Below, piece by piece: positions 13,211 through 26,483 of a stretch of 64,000 bases of DNA. The translations under genes and the position numbers were made by a program. How positions within the stretch are numbered: position 1 is the stretch's first letter; each line of letters starts with the position of its first letter. The DNA comes from Podarcis liolepis (taxonomy: Eukaryota), in the NCBI GenBank assembly GCA_965112155.1, contig OZ218101.1; one strand, 5' to 3'. The notes beneath the pieces were generated by a model that was given only the letters and a program-made list of their open reading frames with translations, made no database searches and was not told the origin of the DNA.

Positions 13211-15949
13211 TTGGTCTTTGTCCCAAATTGGAATCAGCAAATGTTGTGCGTGTTAATAAAATCTCTAGCTGGAGAACCTCTTATTATTTGTCCAGCCATA
13301 TATTTTGCTTACCACACTGAACGTGCAAAGCTATGTATATCCCATTTCATTTTGTTTTAGTGATGCTATTTGAGTTTTTACTTTATGCATGATTTCATTT
13401 GTCTGTGTTGGGTAAACCTTTTCCTCACTTGCTTTCTCTCTCCACCCTCAGCTATTCCTTTGTCCTTGGCTTCCTCTCCACTCATGGATCCTGGCACACT
13501 CCCTTCACTGGTGGGATCTGGATCCTAACTCCCATTTTTATTATATTACTCTTTTTTAAAGAGTAAAAAATAAATAACTGCCAAATTAAACAATTTCACA
13601 CATGGTGTTCCATAATTTTTATATCTGAATTTATATTCCGATCTGTTTCATGAAGCTGCCTGAAGCAGCTCTGGATTCTGCCTTACATAATCATGAAACT
13701 CACCACAACAGATGTCAGAAGTTAATTTTCATTGATGTCCTTGCCTTTACTACATAAATAGGAAGACATTTTCACTCACCCCCCTAAAAATATTGTCTAG
13801 TGTGCAGAAAGCATGAGGAATATGGCTACTTCTAACAGGCACAAATGTTATGTACCGCATAACCTTGAGACACTTTAGCACAGAGCCAGCTCCACGAATT
13901 CCACAAGATTCTTCCACATATCTTCATACAAATTTTCAGTTGTGACACTTTTTAAAAATGGAAGCAAACTCTGAATACAGCAACTCCTGAAAAACATTTG
14001 TTCCACTTTCATCACTGCCAAGAGATTACTAGTGGTGTGACATCAAGCTTCAGAGTCAATTATGAAGTGTTCTTACATCGAAATTCAACCAAACGGAGGA
14101 GGAGCACTGAAAATCTTTCTGTGTCTATTAGCTTTGATAGCTAAATGGAACCTCCAAATCCAGACACAGTTACTACACAGGGACAGCCAAGCTGCTAGAC
14201 CCCCCCAAAAAAAGAATCAAGAAGGTGGTTCCCTTGTAACTGGGCCTGAGGGAGGAACAAGACATGCCAGTGAAAGGGGAGAAGATGGTCTTGGACAGCA
14301 TTATCTTCTCTGCTGTTCCAGCTGTTTTGTTTTTCTCAGAACCTAGAACTAGGCATGATTGCTGGCATCCATCTGCCTCAAGAGACAATGGAGTGCACCT
14401 CCAGGGTAGAAATAATACTGGGAAAATGGGGGGAAAGAGGAGAACCTTGCCTAACATAATGCACAGTCTTCTGTCCAGCCATCTCTTTCTGTGACAGGGA
14501 CCTCAAGTAGAACCCTGCTGGTCTATCCCAAAGGCTATGTGTGCCATATGGCTGTGCCATGCAGGTCAAAGGCTGAGGTGCTTTGATTCAAGGGGACTGG
14601 ATGCTCTCTTGCTGTGCCATAGTGGGACCTCTGCAGTGCCCTTCAGCACAGCACTTCATAGGGCAGCAAGATACCAGCTGACATATTTGTCCTTGATATG
14701 TTCTTGTTTATCATTATTAAGCGTTCAATATCCTGCTAATTCAAAGACCTGCTGTTTCCCCAGGCTTTTAGTTCCTCTGGAAGAGATGTGTTCTCATAAA
14801 CTGTGTTCCGTTTGAAGATAAAATATTCATCAAAATTCTCTATTACTATTTCATAATCATGCTCGCTGTTAAAAGAGAAGGTTTTAAATATTTGCTCTCT
14901 TATTCCCAGAACACACAAGAGGAAACTTACTTGTACTTGCCTGCCCTCCCCATTGAGCTTTACAGCAATTCTGAAATGGGTCAAGTGCTGCTTCCAGGAA
15001 GGGCAGACTCCTGGATAGCTAATAATAAAGCCTTGGAAAGATTAAATATCAACTTTTCCCTTCTTCTGCACCACATTGTACACCCTTTATTTCAGAAGAA
15101 TCCTTAAGAAACATAGCTGAAAAGCAATCTCTTTATAATATTATATACATGGGCTTGCGAACTTCAGTGTCCATGGGTCTTATAGTGCCAACAAAAGTTT
15201 TCACTGGTGCCTCTGGAGACGTACCCTCCCAAAAAACTAAATCACTAGCCTTCCTTGAAAGAAAGTTATAGGGCAAAATGTGGACATAATCATCTAAGTG
15301 ATTTCTGTGCAACGAGAGCGAATGTGGTGTGGCCACCTTTTATATTTTTTTTCCAGGTGCTGAAAAATTCTCCCTGCTGCTATTAGACAACATCTTTGTG
15401 CGTGTGTTAAATCAGTATTATGTGATCTCCACAATCAGCACTACCAGGATATAGCTGAATTCCCATGATAACCATAAGGTGACCACGGGTGGCTGTGCCT
15501 CTTATTTTGTATTATGCCACAGTCCCCATGGAAGCTATTTTGTATTATGCTACTCCCCCACACACCCAAACAACATATTTTGTGATTGGCACCCCCAACA
15601 CTTCCTCAGATTCTAAATTGTTCAAGCACTTGATGACTCCTGGTGTAAATCATGATGGTTTAAATCATTGTTTAAAACTCAATGGAAAGCTAATGTCGAT
15701 CCAGCTTCCACAAATACAGATATTTCTCCACACACATGCTAACGGATTAAAATAACAATTAAAATATGTCAGTTTGCAGCTAATTAGAGCTCTTCTGTAA
15801 CCCAGGAGCATAATTCAATTCACATTTGCTTAGAGTTAACAGACATACTTTTGTCAGATTCTAGGCAACCTCTTATTTGAAGGCAGTCCTGCTTCTGAGA
15901 GAATGTTCCTAGCATTGGGGTAAAAGTCCATATCTCCATAAGAAGGGCT

Positions 15950-16100
15950 GGTCATTTTTCAACACCCCCCCCCACAACAAAGTTGTGAGATACATTTGAC
16001 TGAGAGATAGCCGTGACACAAAGTTGCTTAGTGAGCTTCATGGGTGAGTACAGATTTGGTTTCCTCAGTTCTAGTCCAGCACTCTAACCACTGCACTACA
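15950..16100 (-). mobile_element. Degenerate SINE of the same CORE/MIR-like family
   Basis: CCCCACAACAA...GTGAG...CACTCTAACCACTGCACTACA parallels 30830-30990. Confidence 0.6.
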
Positions 16101-16251
16101 ATACACAATCTTATATTGCAGAGCTCCAACAAGGTCCTTTCCTGCTGGTGGCGCTTGACTGAGTTTACAGTCAATATGTCTGTGGAATGAGCTCAGCCCA
16201 CCTGTCCTGTGTAGGTCTCAACTTGCTAGACTGAAAAGTAACTCCAAAATA

Positions 16252-16497
16252 CAGCGGTACCTCTAGATGCGAACGGGATCCGTTCTGGAGCCCCGTTCGC
16301 ATCCTGAGTAGAACGTAACACGTGACTGCGCGGGTCGCATTTCGCCGCTTCCGTGCATGCGTGTGACGTCATTTTGAGCATCTGTGCATGCACGAGCGGC
16401 GAAACCCGGAAGTAACGCGTTCCATTACTTCTGGGTCGCCGCGGAGCGTAACCTGAAAATGCTCAATCTGAAGCATATTTAACCCGAGGTATGACTG
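16252..16497. mobile_element. Tc1/mariner (Tigger-like) MITE
   Basis: TA|CAGCGGTACCTC...GAGGTATGACTG|TA; close paralogue at 26224-26483. Confidence 0.85.
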
Positions 16498-18221
16498 TAT
16501 GCGTATTTAGATCTGGCAGTAAATTAATTGTTCCTGCTTTAACAAGCACTACCTGTTCCATGCATTGTGCAGAATGGTTTGCCTGATTATGTTCCTAGCA
16601 TAACAAACCTTAACAAATATCCTTTAAGTGTGTGTCTGTAAACACACACAAATCTTTTTTTCTATTAAGATGAAACACCAACTGCTAATATTTATCCATT
16701 AAGGATTTGTTTCCTTAAAAGCAGTTACCAGAAATATAAATACAAAATGGTTTGATTCTTGCAGTTAGTTTGGCCTCCGTTCCCTTTGGCGATGAATGGC
16801 ATAGATTATGTCATAGTACTGCAATGAGAGAATCAGGGTGGGAGTCCAAGCGGCTTCTCTCTTCTTCTTCCCCAAAGTAAAGAAACTGGCATGTTTTCTT
16901 CTTGGCACATAGACACACAGAAGTCATATGCAAAGTGTTTTTGTAGTTTTCAACAAGCCAGCTGTTGCCAGATCTATTGTGGATTCCCCTACAGTTGTTT
17001 TATAGAGATAGTGTTGTCCACATCCATTGACACTAATTATAATAATAATCCTGCATAATAGGCTTGGAGCAGCAGCCAGAGCCTTGCTCCTCAAACTTGG
17101 ACTTGGAAGTGCTCAGTATCGGGATAATTCAGATGTAGCTTGTTTGAGCTGTTCTTAGATAAGCACGAGTGGTATGTATCACCTGCTACAAGTTCCTCCA
17201 TTCTTTTTCTCAGCTCTCTAGTGGTCCTCTACTTTGTCTTGGCAGAGGAATGCAGGCAGAAAAGAAAGAGGTGGCATATGAATGAAGTAGACACACAAAT
17301 GGCTTTAGCAGGGGTTTAGAAGCAAGCTGGCAACCAACCATAGCTTGCAAAGGTCGATGTGCTGAGAATAAATGTTGTCTGAGTTTAACTACATCATATT
17401 GTTTGCTGGTTTTACAGATTATATTAACATTATAAATGCTCTTTTCCATTCTTGCTCTTTCTGCCTTTCACATCCCTCTGTTATAGTATTGCCATGAAAC
17501 CCAGCTGTCTGAGAACTTCCAATAAGTTTTGAATGAGCCTAAAAGTTGTGGTGGGAGATTGGGTCAATTACAGCCTGTTGTGAAAGGGGAAGGGGATAAA
17601 CTTTGGTGAAAAAAGGTTACTGTGATTCCTTCTCCAAATCAGTTGCAAAAATGAAAGGGCATGTTTGTGTAGAATCAACATTAAAATTATGCACCAGTTT
17701 CAGCTAAAACCTGAACCAAAACATGCCAATTCAGGGGGATCTGGGGCCGTTGGGGGTCAGGTTAGGGCACTGGGCAGAAGGAGAAGCAGGCATTGGGTGG
17801 AAATGAGAGGCCAGGCAGGAATAAGTAGCAGTGAAATGGCCTAGGAGAATTGGAGGGACCTACAGGACTGTGTGTCTTCTCAGGAGGTAAGGGTGGATGC
17901 CTTTGGATGTGGGGTGTTTTTTTCCTAAGTAGCTATCTCGTCTGAGCTCTCCTTCCTTCCCCTCCTTCCTGCCTGATGTCCTGTCCCCCCCCCCCCAAGC
18001 AGGACATCTAACTTGTTGGACAACGTACAGTAATGTAAATCACTTCCTGTCCTTCCTATAAAGTTTGTAGCCAGAGACAACTGTGTCCACTGGTTCTTTC
18101 CATTCCGTTAGATTTCTGTTATGCACTCTATATCTATGCTCTCAGTTAAAGCCAAGCACTCCAGTTCACCCATATTGGTTCAGAGGTTTCTAGCATTAGC
18201 AAGTCAACACCTACACATGAT

Positions 18222-18572
18222 GTTGTTGTTGTTGTTGTTTAGTCGTTTAGTCGTGTTCGACTCTTCGTGACCCTGTGGACCAGAGCAAGCCAGGCACTCC
18301 TGTCTTCCACTGCCTCCTGCAGCTTGGTCAAACTTATGTTCATAGCTTTGAGAACACTATCCAACCATCTCGTCCTCTGTCGTCCCCTTCTCCTTGTGCC
18401 CTCCATCTTTCCCAACATCAGGGTCTTTTCCAGGGAGTCTTATCTTTTCATGAGGTGGCCAAAGTAATGGAGTCTCAGCTTCAGGATCTGTGCTTCCAGT
18501 GAGCACTCAGGGCTGATTTCCTTCAGAATGGATAGGTTTGATCTTCTTGCAGTCCATGGGACTCTCAAGAGA
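18222..18572 (-). mobile_element. Bov-B (RTE) LINE 3' fragment
   Basis: LRVPWTARRSN.SILKEISPECSLE..ILKLRL.YFGHLM; (CAA)n tail; 10-bp TSD TACACATGAT (18212-18221, 18573-18582). Confidence 0.93.
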
Positions 18573-20318
18573 TACACATGATATCTCTGTCCAAATATGT
18601 GTGGCTTGTGCATTTCATGCTTCAGCACTTGGGCTCTTCTGAATTGCTATCGTATCCCACTGCACTGCTTTAACTCCCTCACAGTTGGTCAATTAATACA
18701 CATTTTCATCATTATACGTTGAAATGATCACTCCTAAACCAGAGACTCTTCGGCTTTTGTCAGCTCTCCCCCAGCAGTCTTGGGTTTGGGGCATAGAAAA
18801 TATATTCTTAGTTTTACGTAAGAAAGGCAATATTTCTTTAACCTTTTTATTCACCTCCAGCTACTTGATGCACAATGCAGATTCCTGCACTTTCATCAAC
18901 AATTATCTTTTACTTAAAGCATTTCATTTTAGGTGTATGATTGAACTTACATTGATGTTTGAGTCATGAGAAGTGAAGTCGGTGCTCATTAAATAATTTT
19001 ATGATGTTCTATTTCTATTTTTCTTTTCCAGAAGGTGAGCAATGCTTAGCCTTTCTATCAATATGATAAGAATGGAGTAGTTAAAATGGATTCTGTATAA
19101 TTTTAAACCTGTTCAACACTTCCACTTCTTATTCTTTTATATATTCTTTCACTCTGCTGCTTCCAGATATGAAAATGAGAGGTACAATGCTGCGGAATCA
19201 GTATTCAGAAGCAACACAGTGACAAAAAAAAAAATCAACACAAATGCCAGGTTCCAGCCACATGCTCTAATAGCAAATACATTAAAAACATTAAGAATAT
19301 CAAATACACATTATTAAAGCAATTCGCTAAACCTCTTTAAAATGTAGCTCAATAAATACAGACTGAATATCTGCTATGTTGCCAATGTCACTCTTTAGTG
19401 GAAGTGTATACAATATTGGAATCTATTGAATTCAGACACATCGGGCGAAAATAACATAGAAGTAGCTAGCTGGAACAGTTACACCAAGGATGTATTCATA
19501 CAAATGTGCTACTAAAAATGTTTCCAACATTCTCTTACTAACATATACAAGCTATCTCACAATGTGCCTCCATTTTTTTTTTTAAAAAGGGGGGGAAATG
19601 GTAATAAAGCAAAGTAGAAAGTAGGAAGATTTCTTGGTGGAAATTAATAGGTGGGGGACAGAAAAAATTACCCAGAGATTTTATATTGTGTGTGGTGTCT
19701 ACAGCAGATGTATTTTCTTGTTGCTGAAGTATAAAACACAATGCAAAAGCCTTGTGAACAGCAAAGAATGAACATACAATGGGCAAGTTTTCAAGGCCTT
19801 ATATTACATTTTTATCTTGTATAAACCCCATGAAAATGCATGTGTTTTTCTTTTATACGTACATAGTTCATTCAGCATCTTAGAATGAGTCAAAGGAGTT
19901 GCAGTCCTAAACATACTTACCTCAGGGTAAGTCTCATAGAAACCATAAGACTTATTTATGAGCAAATGTGAATAGGTTTGTTCTCTTTAAACCTATCCAA
20001 ACCAACACTTCTGTCACATTTCAATTCAGTCCAGTTTGTCTCCTGGGTGGCAGGCAGAAGGAGGAAAGGATTCATTTTGTCCATACATAATGTCTGCTTC
20101 TGGATCATTTTGGTTGTGGTAGTTGCTGCTGCTGCTGCTGCTGCTGCTGTTCCATGCATACACTGGCCAATGAAGTTGATTGACTTTGGAAGAAGGTTAG
20201 ATAGAGTGCAGGAGGGTCATCTGTTTCAGAGGGAATCATGATGTAGCTAGATTCTAGGATTGTGAAATTTAGTTTTTCCTGAAAGAAAACAGGATTTTAA
20301 AGGTACATGTATGGGGGG

Positions 20319-20799
20319 TGTCAGGGAACTGACATCGGAGCCAGAGGCGGAGGGAAGGCTCTCAAGTGATGCTGGAGAGGGACCCAGCAGGGAGAGAGGC
20401 AGCTCAGCTGGGGAAGGAAATCAGCGCAACACCAGGAATAAAGGGGGGCAGATGGGGGAATCGGCGAGAGGGCTCCAGGACTCTTCGCTGGACACCAGCG
20501 GGGAGAGCACGGGTCCTCCGCTACCCACACCCTCCCTGTGCAGAAGACTTCTGCGCAGGGAGAGTAGGAGGAGACTTGGCATCAAACAACTATTATGCTG
20601 GAAAAGGTTTAAGAAACACCCACTGACGGATTCTGCTAGCAACTGAGGCAGCCACGAAGTGAAGGGCTGTCCAGACAGGAAAGGTTTAACAAGCCAACTT
20701 AGCCAGGAGTGGCGGTAACTTACGCACGAGCAACCCATATTCATTATAGGGGGCAAGGCCAGGTTTCTGATCATTAACAGTGCTGACCGAATAGTGACA
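20319..20799. mobile_element. Solo LTR (probably Gypsy/Ty3-type)
   Basis: TGTCA...TGACA termini, 481 bp, flanked by GGGG on both sides; GC- and CpG-richer than the flanks. Confidence 0.7.
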
Positions 20800-20939
20800 G
20801 GGGTCCAAGGATTTTGGCATGTCCATTGGCATTTTTTATTTCCTGCCCCCCACTTTGAATGGCAGACTCCCCTGCCATATCATAAATTGCGTTTGAAGGA
20901 CCCCTCGTGCTTAAAAAACAAACAAACAAAAAACTTGCC

Positions 20940-21275
20940 ATGGATTAATTTTCAAGAGCTATTTCAGTTATGTTTCTCATTTTTCTAATCTTCAGTTCCC
21001 TACATTGTACAGCAATTTTCCATTTAAAAAAAATCCTCATGAAAATTCACCAGCATTTTAGTGCAAATTTCTCCTAAAGTATTCATTTCCCCCTACAATT
21101 CTGCTTAATATATTGTATTTTGTATGTTATTTTCTTTTATTAACATACATATGCAGTTTGTAAACACTGTTCAGTTCAAGAGCTGCTTTGCAAGTGTGAC
21201 TTTCAAACGATAGCTGTGTTTCAGTTCAAATACTGTTTCAAAAAGTGAAATTTGATAGATCTGGCTTTAAATGCA
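20940..21275. repeat. Old unclassified interspersed repeat
   Basis: TTTCTCATTTT...CAGTTC...GAAAATTCA.CAGCATTTTAGT recurs at about 44495-44730 and 45150-45330, with inverted similarity at about 38380-38580 and 9300-9780. Confidence 0.5.
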
Positions 21276-23054
21276 TACTGAATCGAATTTCTCCTCCATC
21301 GCTGCAAATGACTCTCTCAGTTGGCAGCTTCATGCTGGCTGCAGAGCAGATTGTGGCAGCATACCCTTCAACGTTCTTCAGCTGAAAATTGGGGCACATG
21401 TCTTTTGGTGCACACTGCCACACAAGTCAGCTGGCCGCCTCCCTTGCCACTGCTCACTTCCTTTCCTCCTCACTCACTTCCTCTGCTTGCACCCAGTGCT
21501 TTTTTCTGGGGGGACGCAGGGAGACACATACCCATAAACATTTTGTGAATCTAAGTTTGGCCTCATTGAGCAGCAGTATTTCAATATGAGTAGGAAAATG
21601 AGAGTGCCCCCAAACATATTTTTTTTTAGAAAAAAAGCACTGCTTGCACCACACCTCATGCTGCCATGACAGTGGTAGTAGCTTTGGTGGTGGCAGAGAA
21701 GGGCCAGCAACAGTGTTGTGCATGTCCACTGCCTCGATTCTAGCGGGGAACTGCCTCTCCCATGTATGAGGCTTCCGCCTCACATTGGTTCCATGCGCAA
21801 GTGCTGGCTGCAAGAACCAGCATATCCTCCTCCCCGAGCTTGGTAGCATTGGCCCTGGAGGGGCAAATAGGACATTCCAGGATCAAATCAGAAGCCTGGT
21901 TGCCTTCTGTAATTCCAGGAATGTCCCGGGAAAATCGTTATGTGACAACATGGTGTTATCTGGCAATTGATGGTGTTTTTACTTGTTTAAATTGTGAGCT
22001 CATTTAAAAGTACACATTCAAATGTGCATGATACATGTTTACTCAAAAGTAAGTCTCACTGTGTTCAATGGGCCTTACTCTCAAGTAACTGTGCACAGAT
22101 AAAATCAAATAGATTGCTCTGTTTACTTCTAATTTAACTCGACTATCTGATTCTGCCTGATTCATTTGAAAAATGAAACAAGGCACTACTTTGCATTTGC
22201 ATTTACATCTCCACCTCCTTTTATTTAGGAATATGATGCAACCCAAAGGAGTCAGGGGGTAAAATTGAGATTAAGTAGAAACCTATTGCAATTTGGCAGG
22301 GGGAATGGAACCATCAATTAACAGAAGGCTGAATAAATTTATGTGGCATCATAAACCTCTAGGTAGGAATAAACACTTTTAAGCATGTAACACTTTATTT
22401 TGACATTTTCTTTAAAAAAATGCTTTAGCCCATTTTACCTTTGGACATATGTTTTATTTATAAACAGGCCTCATCATGTTTTGACAATTACAGTTATATT
22501 AATTTATTTTTGTTAGCATAACTGAACCTAATAATTCCTGTTTTCAGCATGTGTCAAGCTAATGGGAAAAATACCAATTCTAACACTTTGCCAAGCAGTC
22601 ATTGATATAAAATGTAAATATATTTGATCCAAAGCTCTGTGGGGTTCTGTTCTGAGACACAGCTTTAGAGCTATGTGCAAACATGGACCTCGCCATGTCT
22701 TGCAGTTCTCAATTTGTTTCTCCTCAAAAAGAAAGGATTATCCAAAGAATGGAGCAGAAGTATCAGTGTATTTCCAAATAAAAGAGCCAGATTTTCCATA
22801 TTATTTTTGAGGATCATCCTGTTTCTGAGAGCCTACATACCGTGCTTTTGGAATGACGTGGCAAAGCCAGGTTCTGTTTTAGCATAGTTATTTACCATTC
22901 CTAGGGATGTCTGAGGATTCCAATAGAAGCAGGAACAGAAATTGCCAGTGTTTGTTCAATCTTCCCGTGTCTAGAACAGAAATCAATCCAGCGAACATGA
23001 TTGGTGTTCACTGTTGTTTTCAGTTCGCAAATGATATGAAATTTATGACTCTCT

Positions 23055-24463
23055 TGGCTGGCATGCATATTTGTGGTACGATAAGGTAAAATCACACAAA
23101 GCGTTTAAAAATCATATTGTTAGAAAAGCATTGTTTAATGTTTGAATAAGATATAAGGATTTGTTAGAAAAGAAAACCCCAAGATGGTTGTCACCAATGA
23201 AAGCGAAGGCACAGAAAAAAACTCAATATGGAGGCCAAATGGCCGAAATATTGGGAAATTCTGGAACAAGATGGAGACAGAATAAAATTGCAGAGCTTTG
23301 AAAAACTGAAAAACAAAGTGCGAGATTGGCTCCATTATTATCAAATAATGGAGGCATACAATTTGGACAAAAAGTTGGTTTCCAGGTGGAAAAATCAAAA
23401 TTGGAAACAGAATTGTTAGACCCAAAAATTAAGAATTTGTCAAGAATGTATAACTTGCTGTTGAAATGGAACACTCAGGATGAAATGGTGAAATCAGCTA
23501 TGATTAAATGGGCACAAGATGTTGGACATAACATAATGATGGCTGACTGGGAACAGTTATGGACCACAGGTATGAAATTCACGGCATGTAATGCCCTAAG
23601 AGAAAATTTAATGAAAATGATTTATAGGTGGTACATGACACCAGTCAAGCTTGCAAAAATTTACCATTTGCCTGACAATAAATTTTGGAAATGTAATGAG
23701 ACTGAAGGTACGTTCTTTCACCTTTGGTGGACATGCCCAAGGATTAAGACATTCTGGGAGATGATTTATAACGAAATGAAAAAGATATTCAAATATACCT
23801 TTCTGAAGAAACCAGAGGCCTTTCTCCTGGGCATGGTTGGCCAAATGGTGCTAAAGAAGGATAGAACTTTTTTTATGTATGCAACAACAGCAGCAAGAAT
23901 ACTTATCGCGAAGTATTGGAAGACACAAGATTTACCCACCCGGGAAGCATGGCAGATGAAGTTGATGGACTATATGGAATTGGCGGAAATGACTGGCAGA
24001 ATCCGAGACCAGGGAGAAGAGTCGGTGGACAAAATTAATGAATGTTAGAAAAATTTTGGAATGAAGGTCTATGGCTTTAGTAGAAATGTTATAAGGAATT
24101 AAGTATAAAATTAAAAGAGTATTAAAGGAAAAAATAAGGTTAGAACATGTTAATATAATTATAGGATAGAAAACAGAGGAAGATGGAAAGGAATTGCTGA
24201 AACAATTAACAGAAGTGGAATACAAAAAGGGAGGTGTGAGGAGGTCGCTGAAATAAGTGAATGAAAGATAAGATATTGAAATTGTTTGATGTTGATTTGA
24301 TGTTGTTTGATGTGTTTTTTGTTTTGTTTTGTTAGTTTAATGTGTTAGTGTTATATAGTGTATTGTATTGTATTGTATTGTATTGTATTGTATTGTTCTT
24401 TTTTCCTTCTTTTTGTAGTGTTTAAATTGTTGGAAAAGTAATAAATATTTATTTTTTAAAAAA
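23055..24463 (+). mobile_element. L1-clade LINE 3' portion (ORF2 C-terminus, 3' UTR, A-rich tail)
   Basis: ORF 23326-24048 with RWYMTP..L and WKC...GTFFHLWWTCP (C-terminal Cys/His motif); 17-bp TSD GAAATTTATGACTCTCT (23038-23054, 24464-24480). Confidence 0.9.
24360..24396. repeat. (GTATT)n pentanucleotide repeat in the L1 3' UTR
   Basis: About 7 perfect units. Confidence 0.95.
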
Positions 24464-24989
24464 GAAATTTATGACTCTCTCTCCATTTGCATTGCCTTTC
24501 CTTTGCTTGGAAATGTGTGGCCTATGCATTGTAATGAATGGTGTAGAATTATGGAATGGTAACACAACTACCTGATTAATTAAATACAGTTCTGCCACAA
24601 TGAACAGTGAGATGAATAATGTACTTTTTGTCAGAAGCCAACATGAAGAGGAAAGGAAACATCACTACATGCAATGATTATGGATTCTAACGGAAACTAT
24701 CTCGAATTTTTCCAAAACGCGTGAAGTAGTGCACCACCACCTTGCACGAGTGCAAGAAGTATGACTCACAGCTTCAGGCTGTACACCTTATACAAGCATG
24801 AAAAGAGGGATACAAACAAAAGCCATTTACATTTTCACTCGTGCTTTGTTTGAAGGTCTCATTAGGTTAGGGAGTTCAAGACATATTTTATATGCATGGC
24901 AGGTGCTTCGGTACAGTCCCAATATTCACATACACATCCCTTATTGTAGAAACACAATGTGCCTCCTGCACTTCAGCTTGTGTGTATTA

Positions 24990-24992
<3 letters not shown>

Positions 24993-25033
<41 letters not shown>
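24993..25033. repeat. (GT)n microsatellite
   Basis: Pure run; shorter runs at about 46738-46757 and 62424-62443. Confidence 0.97.
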
Positions 25034-25036
<3 letters not shown>

Positions 25037-25543
25037 GAGTTGTTGGCATGCATTTGTCTCATGTCCTGGGCTGCCCAGATGACAAGACTCCTCTCTTGGC
25101 CTCACTGAATTGCTCCAAAGGAAAGCAGAGCAACATATTTGGCACCAGCTTGGCTGCAGGAGTTGCCAGAAAGGAGCGTACAAGGCACCATCCAATCATC
25201 TTAGGGACTCCACTCTGGAGTTGTGGAGGGCTTACTCCTTAACTGTTTCATTTCCTGAAGATATCTCACAAGGCAGTGGAGGTGTAGGATCAGAGTTTTC
25301 CTTTTCTTAAATGGGCTACCTTCCCAGGTTGATGAACCTGATCTGTCTCCCTCTTCCCTCTAGAACACATGCAGGAACTGCCTTCTTGACCGTTGAACCC
25401 ACTATTGGTGTTGCCCATTAAATCTGACAGAGCTTGTCTTTGTATGCAGGGGAGTACTCTAGCAGGTGTGGCTCATCAAGAGAGTTTAGGATTGGCTTTA
25501 ACAAGAAACAATTCTAGGTGGTGACCTAGGGGAGAACTTAGAG

Positions 25544-25679
25544 CAGGCTTCCTCAACTTTGGCCCTCCAGATGTTTTGAGACTACAATTCCCATCATCCC
25601 GGACCACTGGTCCTGCTAGCTAGGGATCATGGGAGTTGTAGGCCAAAAACATCTGGAGGGCCGAGGTTGAGGAAGCCTG
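25544..25679. mobile_element. 136-bp palindromic hAT MITE
   Basis: Same family as 44288-44423, inverted; TSD ACTTAGAG/ACTCAGGG (6 of 8 match). Older relatives at about 4915-5055, 33257-33392 and 59990-60100. Confidence 0.85.
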
Positions 25680-25724
25680 ACTCAGGGGTATGAGGGCAGT
25701 GGTTGGAATGAGTTCTTCTTTTCA

Positions 25725-26205
25725 TTTTTTTTTAAATAAATATTTTTATTAAGTTTTCAAGCATAAGACAGAAAAACACATATTAAGCACACAAAATCCC
25801 TTCACCCAAAGAATTAACAAACAAAGATACAAGTACAAATACACCAATATTATATATAAGGAAAAAAAAGAAAAAAGAAAAAAGAAAAACAACACTTTTC
25901 ATAACTTTTTTTTGTATAACTAATTGGACTTCCTCACGTCTCCCTTACCCTGCGTTCTCGGCAATAAAAATATCAGCAAATTATTACCTTGTGTCATACC
26001 TTATTTTGTACTTCTCAAATATTAAATTTCTTAGCTTAAAGTAATTATTGTCAGTTAATTGTGACATAAATTTACCATAAATTTACTGGAACCATATTTT
26101 TCTGGGTCGTGCAATTACTTAACATTCATACAACTTAAACTGTTTTTGTAAATAGTCTTTAAACTTTTTCCAGTCCTCTTCCATTGTTTCTTCTCCCAAA
26201 TCTCA
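25725..26205 (-). mobile_element. L1-clade LINE 3' end
   Basis: Poly-T/AATAAA end on the left, UTR composition like 24050-24463, and a 15-bp TSD GAGTTCTTCTTTTCA (25710-25724, 26206-26220). Confidence 0.75.
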
Positions 26206-26223
26206 GAGTTCTTCTTTTCAATA

Positions 26224-26483
26224 CAGTGGTACCTCTGGATGCGAATGGGATCCGTTCCGGAACCCCATTCGCATCCTGAAGCGAACACAACCCACGTCTG
26301 CGCATCTGCATGTGGGCGGGTCACAATTTGCAGCTTCCGCGCATGCGCGTGACATCATTTTGAGCATCTGCGCATGCGTGAGCCGCAAAACCCGGAAGTA
26401 ACATGCTCTGTTACTTCTGGGTCACGGCGGAGCACAACCCAAAAATATTCATCCCGAAGCTACTTCAACCCGAGGTATGACTG
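26224..26483. mobile_element. Tc1/mariner (Tigger-like) MITE
   Basis: TA|CAGTGGTACCTC...GAGGTATGACTG|TA. Confidence 0.85.

Noticed and set aside
14173-15253. Possible minus-strand exons (15149-15253, 14749-14865, and a hydrophobic-ending frame at 14173-14342)
   Set aside because: Acceptors are plausible and the first two are in phase, but the donors (GTATAT, GTCTTT) are weak, the third is out of phase and I recognise no protein. A tBLASTn would settle it.
23326-24048. 240-aa ORF as a host gene
   Set aside because: It is the L1 ORF2 C-terminus, within a TSD-bounded insertion.
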